DNA from: a virus
Lineage: Duplodnaviria > Caudoviricetes
Length of the DNA: 41,586 nucleotides
IMG/VR virus record: IMGVR_UViG_3300044580_000351
Location: 1 to 41,586 of that record
Direction: 5' to 3' (one strand)
A model generated the notes under the pieces. It had not been told where the DNA came from and searched no databases. It worked only from the letters and a program-made list of their open reading frames with translations. Position numbers and translations under genes: made by a program. This document shows positions 27,711 through 38,166 of this stretch, piece after piece. The stretch's first letter is position 1. Every line of letters starts with the position of its first letter.

Positions 27711-28558
27711 ACCCCCAGAAATTGCGGTCGATAGTAAAGACTGACTTCAAGCAGTTCCATATTGACCGAGGCATCATAACGCAGGATGTTTTGCCCAGCG
27801 GCAAGCTGAAAAAAGGTTGAACCTGTATCCAATAACGAAAAGGCATTTGTTTCTGTTGAACCGTCCACACTAACCACACGTTTACCGGCAAAGTGGGTGT
27901 ATACCCTTATTTCATCACCGGCATTCATTGTGGTAAGCAAGCGTATATACTCGCCAGTGTCTATATTTAAAAGCTCAGGATTCGTGACTGTTCCAAGTGC
28001 CCGGAACACAATCTCACACCCGCAGGCCACATCACCGATATTGTTCACAGTGATGATCTGGCTTGGCTGGCGCATCCCGAATTCCATGCCTGTTTCAGGT
28101 ATCTCCAGTTCAAACTCGAACATAGGTATCCACGATGCCAGCTCCTGCCGCACCTCGTCAGGTGTTTCAAAAAATGGCGATGGACAGAGTAAACTAACAA
28201 AGAAGTTCGGTATTCGATGTCGGGTGGATACCGTGAATCCGGCCTCCTCCACAACGCAAGCAATCTGCCGCTCTCTATAAAGAAGCGTACCTTTTAGTTT
28301 CGGGCTGAATATATTTAAAAAGTGCTTTCGAAGCTCATATGCTTCATCGGGCGTATCCGCAATAACCGTACCTTCTAACGTAATGTTTCTCATATCCAAA
28401 GTGGACGAGATATAAAAAGCACCGTCTTGATCCGGTGCCTTGAAGGTATTTATGGTTTGGCGGATATTTCCCGTACCATCAATTTTAGTTATAAAATACG
28501 GACGGCTTTGTTTAAGTGTAATGCTCTCGCCGTCCGCGTTCGTGTATGTTAACTCCAT
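27707..28558 (-). CDS. Distal tail protein (Dit, Sipho_tail)
   Basis: QDG...LDMRNITLEG, LLCPSPFF, FFQLAAGQN; follows the tape measure. Confidence 0.88.
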   Translation of the reverse strand: MELTYTNADGESITLKQSRPYFITKIDGTGNIRQTINTFKAPDQDGAFYISSTLDMRNITLEGTVIADTPDEAYELRKHFLNIFSPKLKGTLLYRERQIACVVEEAGFTVSTRHRIPNFFVSLLCPSPFFETPDEVRQELASWIPMFEFELEIPETGMEFGMRQPSQIITVNNIGDVACGCEIVFRALGTVTNPELLNIDTGEYIRLLTTMNAGDEIRVYTHFAGKRVVSVDGSTETNAFSLLDTGSTFFQLAAGQNILRYDASVNMELLEVSLYYRPQFLGV

Positions 28559-28570
28559 GTGCCGACCTCC

Positions 28571-31315
28571 TCAATATGCCAGAGCTAGTTTACGGGACAG
28601 GTTCTTAAACTCCCGTGCCAGTTCCTTCTCGGACAGGGCTTTAGGTGTAACTACGGAAATACTCTGGTTTATAACGGTTCCGTTCGCTCCGAGAGCCCCT
28701 GCCCCTCGAGATAATGAACCTGCCAAATTGAGCCCTGCATCAACCTCGAAGTCAGTGGGTATTGCCTTTCTCATGTCTTCACTGACGCGATCCATCGCCT
28801 TCTCGAAGCCAACACCTATGCCAAGCCCCATATTGCTACCCAGTTCAGCAAACAGGGAGGAGGGGCTGTGTATGCCGAAGAAGTTCTTGATCTTGGTCAT
28901 TACATTTCCGAAGAAACCGGATATCTTTTCCCACAACCACGCAGCGGCATCATTTATGCCCTGCCATAACCCTTTAATGAGATCAAGACCGGCTTTTGCC
29001 ATCTTAGGGATATTCTCAATGATAGCCTTGACAATAGCCACAATGATTTGTGGAATTGCCTTAACAACCTCCACAATGATTGTTGGCAAATTGGCTATCA
29101 AAGCCACCAGCAGCTGGACTCCTGCAAGAATAATCTTGTCAATGTTTCCAAGTATGGCGCTCACAAGTGAAGTTATGATTTTAGGTATAGCCGCCACAAC
29201 AGTAGTAATGATCCTCGGTAGATTCTGGATAAGTGCAACCAGCAGCTTGATGCCTGCTTCAACGATCAAAGGAATTGCTTCAAACACAGCAGCAAGAATG
29301 CTGTCGATAATCTCAGGTATTGCCTCCACAATTGCATCAATAATCTCCGGCAAAGCATCCACAAGGGAAGTTAAAAGCTCGATGCCTGCCTGCACAATCT
29401 GGGGCAGGGCATCCAGTACTGCTCCAACAATTCCGTCGATAATCTGCGGCACGGCCTCCAGTATCTGTGTAATGATGGATGGAAGCTCCTGCACAAGCGA
29501 CACGAAAAGAGCTACACCAGCTTGCACAATTTGAGGTATGTTCTCGGTAATCACCGTAACCAACGCCTGCACGATCTCCGGTATGACTGCGACGATTTGG
29601 GGAATGGCTCCTGTTACAAATCCGATGAGCGCATCAATTACTGCCGGAAGCGACTCAATCAGCACCGGTATAGCTTCAACAATACCCTGGGCCAAGCCGA
29701 GCATCAGCTGAAGTGCCGCATCAAGCAGCAATGGTAGACTTTCAATGAGAGCCGTCACAATCTGAGTTACAGCAGAAACAGCTGCCGGGATAAGCTCAGG
29801 CAGCGCATTAGCAATGCCGGTAACAAGTGTCGCTATCATCTGGACTGCCGCTTCCACTATTGCAGGAAGGTTGGCTATAATTCCGTCGACCAGCGCCAGT
29901 ACAAGCTGAAGAGCACCCTCCGTGATTCCTGGAAGCGCACCTACCAATGCCTGAAGGAGTGTATTTATAATTTGGCTGGCCGCGTCCACGATGATGGGCA
30001 GGTTATCAATTATCGCAGAGCCTATGGAGGTTACGATGCTCAAAGCCAATTCTATAATATCGGGCAGCTGTTCCAGAAGCATATTTACAATGCCCCCCAC
30101 GGTATTGCCGATAACCTCACTGATTTTCGTCCAATCACCATTGGCTTCATTCAGTCCCCGGGTAAACTCACCCAACAGGCTTACACCATCGTCTGCTAAC
30201 ACCTGAAGCTGCGGGAGGAGCACCATACCAAGAGCATTCTTGGCTGCTTCACCTCCAGACTTGAGCCGCTGCATAGAATCATCAAACTTACCGAGGGCTT
30301 CCAAAGATTCCTGACTCATAACAGCCCCCATCGCTTTGGCTTCCTCGGTAAGTTGATTTATACCTTCTGATCCTTGTGCAATAAGAGGATTTAACTCTTG
30401 GGCACTCTTGCCGAAAAGCTGCATGGCAAGAGCATCTCTCTCGGTTTCATTTGCTACGTTACCTAGTGCATCGATAGTCTCCCAGTACACAGTTTCTGAA
30501 TCCCTGAGGTTACCGTTGGCATCGGTTATAGAAATGCCCAGTGCTTTGTACGCCTGTGAAGCTGCACCAGTACCCTCGCGAGCCGAGTTCATGGAACGTA
30601 TATTTCTCGCCATACTGCCGGTTAAGGTTTCCATTGAGGTATCTACCAGTTCGGCGGCATATTTATATGCTTGCAGTGATTCAGTACTCATGCCGGTAAC
30701 AGTTGACATGGTGAGAATATCGTCCGCATACTGTGAAGCACCAACAGTCATATCGGTGAGAGCTTTAGCCGCTCCAACCGCAGCCGTTCCAATAGCTGCA
30801 AACGCGGCACCCATGGCCACACCTATTCCTTTTAACGCCGAGCCGAGTTTTTCAAGTTTATTTGAGGACTCCTCGACATCATCAACGGATTCTTCTACGA
30901 CATTGCCGAACTCATCAACCTTTTGTCCTGCATCGTTATACCCACGATTCACATCACGGAGTGATTTTTCGTTTTCAGCCAGCTCACCCTCCATGCCGTT
31001 GAGCTCAGCCTGTGCTTTATTGAGTTGTATCTGCCAGTTTTGCGTGCGTCTGTCATTTTCACCGAAGGAGGCGGCGGCGTTGTCCAATGCAGCCTTTAGT
31101 GTAGCGATTTTCTCCCGCTGTGCATCTATTTCTTTATTCAAAACCGCATTTCGGGCGGTAATCGCCTGAACAGATTTGTCATTCTTATCAAATTGACTGG
31201 ATACGAGTGTCATCTCGCTACCCAATACTTTAAAGGATTGATTGATTTCCCGCAGGGCATCCTTAAATTGCTTCTCTCCCTCAAGACCAATCTTCAGGCC
31301 AAAGTTATCCGCCAT
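28571..31315 (-). CDS. Tail tape measure protein
   Basis: MADNFGLKIGLEGEKQF start, coiled coil, 11-aa periodic LP-I repeats, FGIHSPS near the C-terminus. Confidence 0.93.
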   Translation of the reverse strand: MADNFGLKIGLEGEKQFKDALREINQSFKVLGSEMTLVSSQFDKNDKSVQAITARNAVLNKEIDAQREKIATLKAALDNAAASFGENDRRTQNWQIQLNKAQAELNGMEGELAENEKSLRDVNRGYNDAGQKVDEFGNVVEESVDDVEESSNKLEKLGSALKGIGVAMGAAFAAIGTAAVGAAKALTDMTVGASQYADDILTMSTVTGMSTESLQAYKYAAELVDTSMETLTGSMARNIRSMNSAREGTGAASQAYKALGISITDANGNLRDSETVYWETIDALGNVANETERDALAMQLFGKSAQELNPLIAQGSEGINQLTEEAKAMGAVMSQESLEALGKFDDSMQRLKSGGEAAKNALGMVLLPQLQVLADDGVSLLGEFTRGLNEANGDWTKISEVIGNTVGGIVNMLLEQLPDIIELALSIVTSIGSAIIDNLPIIVDAASQIINTLLQALVGALPGITEGALQLVLALVDGIIANLPAIVEAAVQMIATLVTGIANALPELIPAAVSAVTQIVTALIESLPLLLDAALQLMLGLAQGIVEAIPVLIESLPAVIDALIGFVTGAIPQIVAVIPEIVQALVTVITENIPQIVQAGVALFVSLVQELPSIITQILEAVPQIIDGIVGAVLDALPQIVQAGIELLTSLVDALPEIIDAIVEAIPEIIDSILAAVFEAIPLIVEAGIKLLVALIQNLPRIITTVVAAIPKIITSLVSAILGNIDKIILAGVQLLVALIANLPTIIVEVVKAIPQIIVAIVKAIIENIPKMAKAGLDLIKGLWQGINDAAAWLWEKISGFFGNVMTKIKNFFGIHSPSSLFAELGSNMGLGIGVGFEKAMDRVSEDMRKAIPTDFEVDAGLNLAGSLSRGAGALGANGTVINQSISVVTPKALSEKELAREFKNLSRKLALAY

Positions 31316-31328
31316 ACCGTTTCACCTC

Positions 31329-31532
31329 CTACAATCCCGTCGGGATAATATCATCGATCGTTATCGTTTTCTTTGGCTTCTCGATACCGTGCCACTGCTT
31401 ATGGCAGGCCCACAAGTCAAGAAACAGACCGATGGGCATAAGCCAGAATTCATCTGCGCTCATGCCCATCTGCACTGTGCCGTAATAGTAAAGTCGGGTA
31501 AAGACCTCATCGTCTGTTACCCGACTTCCACG
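31329..31532 (-). CDS. Tail assembly chaperone -1 frameshift extension (gpGT-like)
   Basis: A-AAA-AAC heptamer at 31532-31538; the -1 frame reads RGSRVTDDEVFTRLYYYGTVQMGMSADEFWLMP...IIPTGL*. Confidence 0.8.
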   Translation of the reverse strand, partial: RGSRVTDDEVFTRLYYYGTVQMGMSADEFWLMPIGLFLDLWACHKQWHGIEKPKKTITIDDIIPTGL

Positions 31533-31903
31533 TTTTTTGATGCTTCTTCTTCGCTTTCTATATTACGCTTTGTGCCTTTGAACATCGCCTCAGTGATAGC
31601 GCTCTTATATGAAGCCAGTTCCAGTGGTGAAGTCAGAAGCTCTACATCCTCTTCTTTGAGAATTTCTTTAGGATTATCCTTGTTCTTTAAGTTGTGAACG
31701 AGGATAGACTGATTTGCCAGCAGAGTGATCAGCCACACGATCTCGTCCAGAGCCATTTCGAAGTTTTCAGATTTCATCAATTTATCGCCCAGATTCTCTA
31801 AGCCCCCGTAGCGGCGAGCAATCTCTTTTGTGGCTCGGGTGGTAAGTATCAGCTCAAATTCCATACCACCAATATTGATAACAGCACTTCTTTCTGTATC
31901 CAT
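31517..31903 (-). CDS. Tail assembly chaperone (gpG-like)
   Basis: Between major tail and tape measure; ends with a slippery site. Confidence 0.85.
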   Translation of the reverse strand: MDTERSAVINIGGMEFELILTTRATKEIARRYGGLENLGDKLMKSENFEMALDEIVWLITLLANQSILVHNLKNKDNPKEILKEEDVELLTSPLELASYKSAITEAMFKGTKRNIESEEEASKNVEVG

Positions 31904-31915
31904 CTTTCAATCCTC

Positions 31916-32506
31916 CTATGGCTCCGGCGTGTAGACCGGTTCATATACCTGTGTAAACCAGCCTGAAATAGTTGAGGAAGATACACCTGGATCACCTTCG
32001 GTGACCTCTGCTTTCCACGGGTGTTTTCCCATACCATCCAGCTTATTGCGGCGCATGACTGTCCCTTCAATGGTAGGTGTAGAAAAGGTGATCGAATCAG
32101 CCTTTGTCTGCAGGTTAGTGGCTGGAAGTCCAAACACCACACGGTATAACCAAAAATATCTGTATGTGCCGTTAGCCTTTTGTGCACGAAAGCCCACCGC
32201 GACCGGTGTCCCGGAGTTCTCGCTGGCTGAAATCAGAACTCCATTATCATCAGTAGTTGCACCAGTCAGATCCGCCGCAACAGTGGGTCCAATATCATCG
32301 ATACCAAGGGTAAGCGTACCGCTGTTGAACTCCTTCACTACCTCAGCAGCTCCGTCGTCTGCATATAGTATCGCTTCAACTAATTCAACCGAAAGCTCGG
32401 CAGTAATAGCTTTAGCGAGTACAATAGGTGTTCCATATGTTTCTTCGCCGTTGGCATCTTCGGTTATCTTTGAATAATACAGTCTGTCAAGACCGATGGT
32501 TGCCAT
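31916..32506 (-). CDS. Major tail protein (phi13 family)
   Basis: MATIGLDRLYY, LYADDG, VAVGFRAQKANG.YRYFWLY. Confidence 0.92.
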   Translation of the reverse strand: MATIGLDRLYYSKITEDANGEETYGTPIVLAKAITAELSVELVEAILYADDGAAEVVKEFNSGTLTLGIDDIGPTVAADLTGATTDDNGVLISASENSGTPVAVGFRAQKANGTYRYFWLYRVVFGLPATNLQTKADSITFSTPTIEGTVMRRNKLDGMGKHPWKAEVTEGDPGVSSSTISGWFTQVYEPVYTPEP

Positions 32507-32509
32507 ACA

Positions 32510-32851
32510 TTATTCCTCCAATCCATAGTTTTTTGCCACATCGATGGCATAATGGTGATAGCCGGTATCGTCCTCGTGTCCGATATACCGTCGCTCGGTT
32601 ACTATGAAATCTGCATTCAGCAAGGCAGCAATGATTTGCTTTTTACGCAGCTGATAATTCGCCTTTGAAAACAGTGATATCCGCGCTTCCTGTACCTCAA
32701 AGCCAGGACGGTTATCTGCATGAACTTCGAAAATGTCCGAAAGCGGGAGAATGACTACATATTCATCCGGCGCCATACCTGAAAAAACGCCGGTCTCCAC
32801 AGGAAGTGGCACGGCGGATATAAGGGTATTTAGTTCCGATAAAATGCTCAT
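32510..32851 (-). CDS. Tail completion/terminator protein
   Basis: Position before the major tail gene; EDDTGYHHYAID motif. Confidence 0.75.
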   Translation of the reverse strand: MSILSELNTLISAVPLPVETGVFSGMAPDEYVVILPLSDIFEVHADNRPGFEVQEARISLFSKANYQLRKKQIIAALLNADFIVTERRYIGHEDDTGYHHYAIDVAKNYGLEE

Positions 32852-33279
32852 ATTTTGCCGATTTCCTCCTCCAGTTTGGCAATCATGGCTTCAGTGCAAG
32901 GCTTTCTGGACGCCGACTGTGCAGGTTTAAGAAATGGTTTGGCGGGCTGACCATGCTTGCCATATTCGATGATGTTGGCAATCTTGGCATTGCTCTCTCC
33001 ATCTGATCGTGGCTCAGCAAAGCCAACCTTAACATTGAAGTTGCCATCCCTGTCCTGCTTGGCTTCCGAAAGTCCCAAAGATGATAGCATCTCACCTGTT
33101 GCCCTCGACGGGTATTTAGTTCCCTCGCCAATGGATGTGCGAAGATTACTTTTAACCTTTTCCAACACAACTTTGCCACCCACCTCGAGCACACGCGGTG
33201 CGATAACGTCGATCTGATCACCAAGTCTGGATATACGCAGGAGGAATTCATCAGGCATCTTTATACTAACTTTTGCCAT
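32848..33279 (-). CDS. HK97 gp10-family neck protein
   Basis: TGEMLSSL, IIEYGKHGQPAKPFLKPA. Confidence 0.88.
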   Translation of the reverse strand: MAKVSIKMPDEFLLRISRLGDQIDVIAPRVLEVGGKVVLEKVKSNLRTSIGEGTKYPSRATGEMLSSLGLSEAKQDRDGNFNVKVGFAEPRSDGESNAKIANIIEYGKHGQPAKPFLKPAQSASRKPCTEAMIAKLEEEIGKI

Positions 33280-33284
33280 ATATC

Positions 33285-33620
33285 TCACCTCACTGACGGC
33301 TCTAGCCGTTCGGCCAGAACCTCAATATACATACCACGACCTCGAACGTCCTCTGCACTGAGTATCCGGTACCGACCGTCAGCGCAGGTGATAATCATTC
33401 CGGCTGTAATCTCCAGGTTAGGAATCTTTCTGAATCGGAATAGGGAGGAGGCTGTAGAAAACACCGCCATATTACTCCATCGTTCGCTGCCATGGCGATC
33501 TTCCTTGTACGCCCGAACAGATGCGAGGATGGTATCAGTTTCGGCAGCGAAACCTTCTGCATCCTTCGCAGGCGCTGTGCTGATAACATCAATGAATGTG
33601 TTCATCTTTCCAAAGCTCAC
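33285..33620 (-). CDS. Head-tail adaptor/head closure protein
   Basis: Likely GTG start (SFGKMNTFI); FRFR...YRILSAEDVRGRGMYIEVLA. Confidence 0.85.
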   Translation of the reverse strand: MSFGKMNTFIDVISTAPAKDAEGFAAETDTILASVRAYKEDRHGSERWSNMAVFSTASSLFRFRKIPNLEITAGMIITCADGRYRILSAEDVRGRGMYIEVLAERLEPSVR

Positions 33621-33621
33621 A

Positions 33622-33942
33622 TTAAACACCCCACTCCCGGTCAAGCCTTAATAACAAATTCACCGTATTCCATACCTGTTGCCCCGCCTGAACGTTATCC
33701 GCATAAAAGCCTGCTGTCGAGCCATCTCTACTTTCATAGAAATGACTCGACAGCATAATAATTGCCTGTTCTGTGGTTGGTGGCATTGTGTGTGTTTCAT
33801 ACCATCCTGCAGCAACGTGCTGGTAGCTCTCGGCGTAGGACACGGCGGCTCTAATGAAGCTTAGTAGAAGGTCATCATCCGTGTCGTGAGTGAGGATAAG
33901 GTTGGCTTTGACCTTGGGTAAAAGATTATCTGATACCGCCAT
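33622..33942 (-). CDS. Head-tail connector (gp6-like)
   Basis: VKANLILTHDTDDDLL...AIIMLSSHFYESRD. Confidence 0.9.
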   Translation of the reverse strand: MAVSDNLLPKVKANLILTHDTDDDLLLSFIRAAVSYAESYQHVAAGWYETHTMPPTTEQAIIMLSSHFYESRDGSTAGFYADNVQAGQQVWNTVNLLLRLDREWGV

Positions 33943-33961
33943 GCTGTACGCCCCCTTTCTA

Positions 33962-34342
33962 TCACTCTTCGTCAGGTGCCATTAATCCAGCCGCTTTCAA
34001 TTTCGAGAGAAGCGCATTGAAGTCCGCTACAAGTGTGGCTGTGTCCTCAACTGTACTGTCGGCTTGATTCGCAGCCATTTTCACCAATCCTACGGCTTGC
34101 TCTGTAGCATCGGTAGGATACGCTGGAGTATACAGCTTCCCATCTTCGCCTATTTTAATTTCAACGGTATCACTCTCGCCTGCGGCAGCAGCTTTTACAC
34201 CGCCGAGAGTCTCCTCCGTTGCCATAAGAAGCGGATTGGCAGAGAGTCCTGTTACTGTAGCTCCTTCTTTGATTTCAAGTGTTCCGCCTATGACAGTTTT
34301 CTCTCCGCCTTGTTCGGTGTAGTTCTTAGTGTTATAGCTCAT
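33962..34342 (-). CDS. Head fibre/decoration protein
   Basis: MSYNTKNYTEQGG start, ATEETLGGVK repeat, DFNALLSKLKAAGLM end; directly after the capsid gene. Confidence 0.75.
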   Translation of the reverse strand: MSYNTKNYTEQGGEKTVIGGTLEIKEGATVTGLSANPLLMATEETLGGVKAAAAGESDTVEIKIGEDGKLYTPAYPTDATEQAVGLVKMAANQADSTVEDTATLVADFNALLSKLKAAGLMAPDEE

Positions 34343-34354
34343 ACTGCACCTCCA

Positions 34355-35560
34355 TTAAGCTTTCTGCTGGAGAACTTTTATAGCCTCCGGTAGAATCAGC
34401 TTTCCGTCTACACGCTGAGTAGCGACAAAACCGACCTGTCCGGTGACAGCATAAAGCTCGTTGAGTCGCTTAAATACACGCCCTTGACGATCTGCTACCC
34501 AGTAATAGCTGAAGTCACCAAAGACAATCGTCTTTGCCGACGCAGCAATAGTGGGCACATATGCCGAAGTATATAGCGGTCGATTTAGAATAGTGTCAGG
34601 GGTACCTGCCTGAACGGACGGCTGCCAGAGATACTGGCCCTGACCATCCTTTAGTTTGCGGATAGCCTTGACAGTCGCATCGTTCATGACAAACACTGCT
34701 CTATTGCGGTAAGGTGCTTTCAAACTGTAGAACAGATCGAGCACCTCGTCCATAGTGATTGCCGTAGCACTTGCAGTAGTAACACCGACTTGTGCTCCAC
34801 CTGTAGCGGCGAGAATACCAGTTGGTTTTCCAGAGCCATCGCCAATGAAAAATGCTTCTTCTTCCTTATTGCCAATACGACGAGCGAACTCTCTGGAGAT
34901 GTAGGCTTCAAGGTCAAACACAGAGTCATTCAGCAGTTCCTCGGAAACCTTTATCAAGGTGCCCAGCTTATATGCCCCAATAGATACCTGACCAAAGCTG
35001 TCATCGCTCTCAGGAATAGTGCCTTCCTCGTCGATCCATGCGGCAGTACCTTTAGTGGCAACAACTGGTATTTTTCTATCGCCAGAAGAAGTGGTGATAA
35101 CGTTGGCCAGGGTACGGAAGATATTCTCATCCTCGAGGGCTTCTACAAGAGTACGCTCAAATTCATCGGGAACCAGGTAGCCTCCCTCTGAATCAGTACC
35201 GATCTGGAGAGCATTTCTTACGGTTGGATCAAGTCCTTCTCCTGCACGAGTACGCATAGCACTCCAGAAAGCTTTTTTGTACTCTGCGGATGCACGACCA
35301 GTCTTTTCCTCAGCCACCTTGGAAGGAGCATTTGTAATAGGATTGCTGGTAGCTTTGGAAAGCTCTAAATCAATTACAGCTTGACGCTCAAGGCGTTCGA
35401 TTTCCTTCCCCAGAGCCACAACTTCGTTTTCCATTTTTTCATAGGTAGCGGTATCCTCTGCTGACAAAAGCCCGTCGCCACCACGCTTGGCGTCAAGGAA
35501 CGCTTTTGCAGCATCCCACGCCTTTGCACGCTTTTCACGCAGTTCAAGAATCTTATTCAT
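34355..35560 (-). CDS. Major capsid protein (HK97 family)
   Basis: N-terminal delta coiled coil, GGYLVPDEF, KVSEELLND, LKDGQGQYLW, FGDFS. Confidence 0.96.
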   Translation of the reverse strand: MNKILELREKRAKAWDAAKAFLDAKRGGDGLLSAEDTATYEKMENEVVALGKEIERLERQAVIDLELSKATSNPITNAPSKVAEEKTGRASAEYKKAFWSAMRTRAGEGLDPTVRNALQIGTDSEGGYLVPDEFERTLVEALEDENIFRTLANVITTSSGDRKIPVVATKGTAAWIDEEGTIPESDDSFGQVSIGAYKLGTLIKVSEELLNDSVFDLEAYISREFARRIGNKEEEAFFIGDGSGKPTGILAATGGAQVGVTTASATAITMDEVLDLFYSLKAPYRNRAVFVMNDATVKAIRKLKDGQGQYLWQPSVQAGTPDTILNRPLYTSAYVPTIAASAKTIVFGDFSYYWVADRQGRVFKRLNELYAVTGQVGFVATQRVDGKLILPEAIKVLQQKA

Positions 35561-35580
35561 TTTGATGTTCCTCCTTCAAA

Positions 35581-36282
35581 TTAGTGAGAAATTAAAAAGA
35601 GCCGCTTTTCCAGCTGCTCTATTGGGGTACCGGTTTTCGGTTTTGGTTTCTTGGGCATCTTCCCAAGCAGAGAGTTGTATACCGCTGCACGAGAGAATAT
35701 AAGGCCTTGTCCTGTGTCCAGAGGAATGCGCTCATCGTTCTCCATGAACAGAACTTTATCTGCAAATCCGAGTTCAATAGCCTTATTCGCATTCATCCAT
35801 GTCTCAGCATCCATGAGATGGGAGATCTTTGCTCGCGAAAGGCCTGACTTCAGTTCGTATGCGTTGATGATGCTTTCCTTGACCTCATCCAGCAAGGCCT
35901 TGGCACGGAGCATTTCCTCGCTATCACCGATGGCGATTGTCGAAGGGTTATGGATCATCATCATGGATACCGGCGACATATATACATCGCCGCCAGCCAT
36001 TGCAATTACAGAAGCGGCGCTTGCAGCAAGGCCATCAATTTTAACTGTGACCTTGCCGGTATAATCCATCAACATGTTATATATCTGCGCAGCCGCAAAC
36101 ACATCCCCGCCTGGCGAGTTAATCCAAACCGTGACGTCACCTGTGCCTGCCATCAGTTCGTCTCTGAACATCTTTGGCGTCACTTCGTCGCCATACCAGG
36201 TCTCGTCTGAAATTTCTCCGTTGAGGTATAAGGTGCGTTCTTCGGTAGTTTCATCTCGCACCCAATTCCAAAATTTCCTCAT
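35581..36282 (-). CDS. ClpP-like prohead maturation protease
   Basis: INSPGGDV, GLAASAASVIAMAG, MMIHNP, ETWMNA..AIELGFAD. Confidence 0.95.
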   Translation of the reverse strand: MRKFWNWVRDETTEERTLYLNGEISDETWYGDEVTPKMFRDELMAGTGDVTVWINSPGGDVFAAAQIYNMLMDYTGKVTVKIDGLAASAASVIAMAGGDVYMSPVSMMMIHNPSTIAIGDSEEMLRAKALLDEVKESIINAYELKSGLSRAKISHLMDAETWMNANKAIELGFADKVLFMENDERIPLDTGQGLIFSRAAVYNSLLGKMPKKPKPKTGTPIEQLEKRLFLISH

Positions 36283-37526
36283 TGGCTGTTAACCTCCTTT
36301 TGATAAAAATTACCTGCCTGTGAAAGAGGGAGCATGTTACCGTTCACCAGATACAGGTCTCCGCCTTCTTCAGCAGGGATACGGTTCATATCTTCAAGCT
36401 CCCGGATATCATTCGCTGACAGCCAGCCATTCTGACGTCCGACAGCATATCCGTTCATCCGGCTCTGGTAGTCGCCACGCAGCAGGCCATCTACATTGAA
36501 CTTAATAAAGATTGAGTTCTTCTCAGATGGCAAGAGTAACGATTGCTGAAGACTCTGCTCCCATCGCACCACCCATGGGTTAAGCGTGTATTTTACAAAC
36601 TCCAGCGATTGCTGCTCAATGTTGGAGAAGCTGGACTTTTCAAGGTCACCCACCATGTGTGGAGGTATACGGAAAATCCTAGCGATTTCATTGATCTGGA
36701 ATTTTCGTGTCTCCAAGAATTGAGCCTGCTCCGGAGGAATACCGATTGCCTGAAACTTCATTCCTTCCTCCAGCACAGCGATTCTATGGGCGTTTCCGCT
36801 GCCTTGATAAGCGCTGTTCCAACTGTCCTTGACTCTCTGGATGTCCTTGATTACACCAGGATGCTCCAGTACGCCACCTGGATTTGCTCCGTTTGCGAAG
36901 AAAGAAGCACCGTATTCTTCAGTCGCGAGCGACATGCCGATGGCGTTTTTAGCCATAGCAATAGGACTGTATCCTATAAGTCCGTCAAAGCCGAGACCGG
37001 GTATGTGGAGTATCTCATCTCTGCGGAGTATCACTGTTCCGCTGTTGGGATTGAGCCGACTTTCTTCGGAATCCCTGCGGTAGGTATATATCAGTTCTCC
37101 GTTTGTAGCTCTGCTAACTTCCATCTTGTTAGGAAGCAGTGGGTACAGTGCAATAGGCTGTCCGCGACCATTCCTTAAAATCTGCGCATAGGCATTGCCC
37201 CAAAGTAAAAGATGACTCATCAGTGTTTCTCTGAACACAAATGAAGTCATCTCCGGGTTAGGTTCGTTATGGAGCAAGTAGTATAACGGGTGCTGTGGTA
37301 TACGTTCTTTACTTCCATCCATTCGGTATTGGTAGACATGTAACGGAAGTCCGGCTATAGCCTCGGATAATATCCTCACACAGGCATACACTGCAGCTGA
37401 TTGCATTGCCGTCCGTTCGTTGACTGTCTTTCCACTAGTAGTGCTGCCAAACAGAAACGAAAATGCACTGCCAATATGATTTTTAGGCTTATCACGTGAT
37501 CGAAATAAACCTGAAAATATACTCAT
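36279..37526 (-). CDS. Portal protein (HK97 family)
   Basis: AVYACVRILSE, LLLWGNAY, GYSPI, EIARIFRIPP, FSNIEQQ; start set at the ATG after GGAGGTG. Confidence 0.96.
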   Translation of the reverse strand: MSIFSGLFRSRDKPKNHIGSAFSFLFGSTTSGKTVNERTAMQSAAVYACVRILSEAIAGLPLHVYQYRMDGSKERIPQHPLYYLLHNEPNPEMTSFVFRETLMSHLLLWGNAYAQILRNGRGQPIALYPLLPNKMEVSRATNGELIYTYRRDSEESRLNPNSGTVILRRDEILHIPGLGFDGLIGYSPIAMAKNAIGMSLATEEYGASFFANGANPGGVLEHPGVIKDIQRVKDSWNSAYQGSGNAHRIAVLEEGMKFQAIGIPPEQAQFLETRKFQINEIARIFRIPPHMVGDLEKSSFSNIEQQSLEFVKYTLNPWVVRWEQSLQQSLLLPSEKNSIFIKFNVDGLLRGDYQSRMNGYAVGRQNGWLSANDIRELEDMNRIPAEEGGDLYLVNGNMLPLSQAGNFYQKEVNSQ

Positions 37527-37552
37527 GTAGATCACCTCCGAAAAATGGCATG

Positions 37553-37578
37553 AAAAAGACACCGCCGAAGCGATGCCT
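37553..37578 (-). terminator. Intrinsic terminator closing the HNH moron
   Basis: Minus strand GGCATCGC-TTCG-GCGGTGTC-TTTTT (C(UUCG)G tetraloop). Confidence 0.75.
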
Positions 37579-37603
37579 ATAAATTGACCTATTCTTTTAA
37601 ATG

Positions 37604-38161
37604 CTATATCAACCCGTATTTCTTAGTTACTTCCTTAATATCTTTGACCCATTCTTCTAACGGTAGTATTTCGTTTCGTTCATTTGCTCGAATAGCTTCC
37701 CGTGCGACATCTCGTATAATAATGAGAACAGCATCAAGTTGTTCGAGTATGAATTTTCCATTTTCACCAAGCTCAGCATCGAGACTCTTTTCAGACTCTT
37801 TAAATTGGTACATACTCTGGAAATCCTTGATCTTCTCTAGCACCTGTGGGTCATTAATAAAAACGTCAATAGGTTGATCACGCCTTATTGAGTTGCATTT
37901 TTGGCATGCTGGTACAATATTTCCTTTAACAAAGCGTCCGCCTTTAGCTGAGGGTACTATATGGTCGGCAGTAAGTTGAATAACGTCACCGCTCATTCCG
38001 CAATAAGCGCAGCGATTATTAAAAAACTTTATGCCGCACTCGTAGGCATCTTTATCCTTACTGGATAGCAGCAGCCCATCACGAATCGCTTTTTTGAATC
38101 CGCCTTTTCCAATGCCAAGCTTCTGAGTTAAGTTTGTTTTCCTCTTGGCCGTATTCTTCAT
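37604..38161 (-). CDS. HNH endonuclease (moron)
   Basis: CAYCG...TADHIVPSAKGG...NIVPACQKCN, followed by a helical C-terminal extension; alternative start 38170. Confidence 0.88.
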   Translation of the reverse strand: MKNTAKRKTNLTQKLGIGKGGFKKAIRDGLLLSSKDKDAYECGIKFFNNRCAYCGMSGDVIQLTADHIVPSAKGGRFVKGNIVPACQKCNSIRRDQPIDVFINDPQVLEKIKDFQSMYQFKESEKSLDAELGENGKFILEQLDAVLIIIRDVAREAIRANERNEILPLEEWVKDIKEVTKKYGLI

Positions 38162-38166
38162 GAAGG

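Noticed and set aside
28950-30100. Periodic repeats in the tape measure gene
   Set aside because: Ordinary 11-residue periodicity of tape measure proteins
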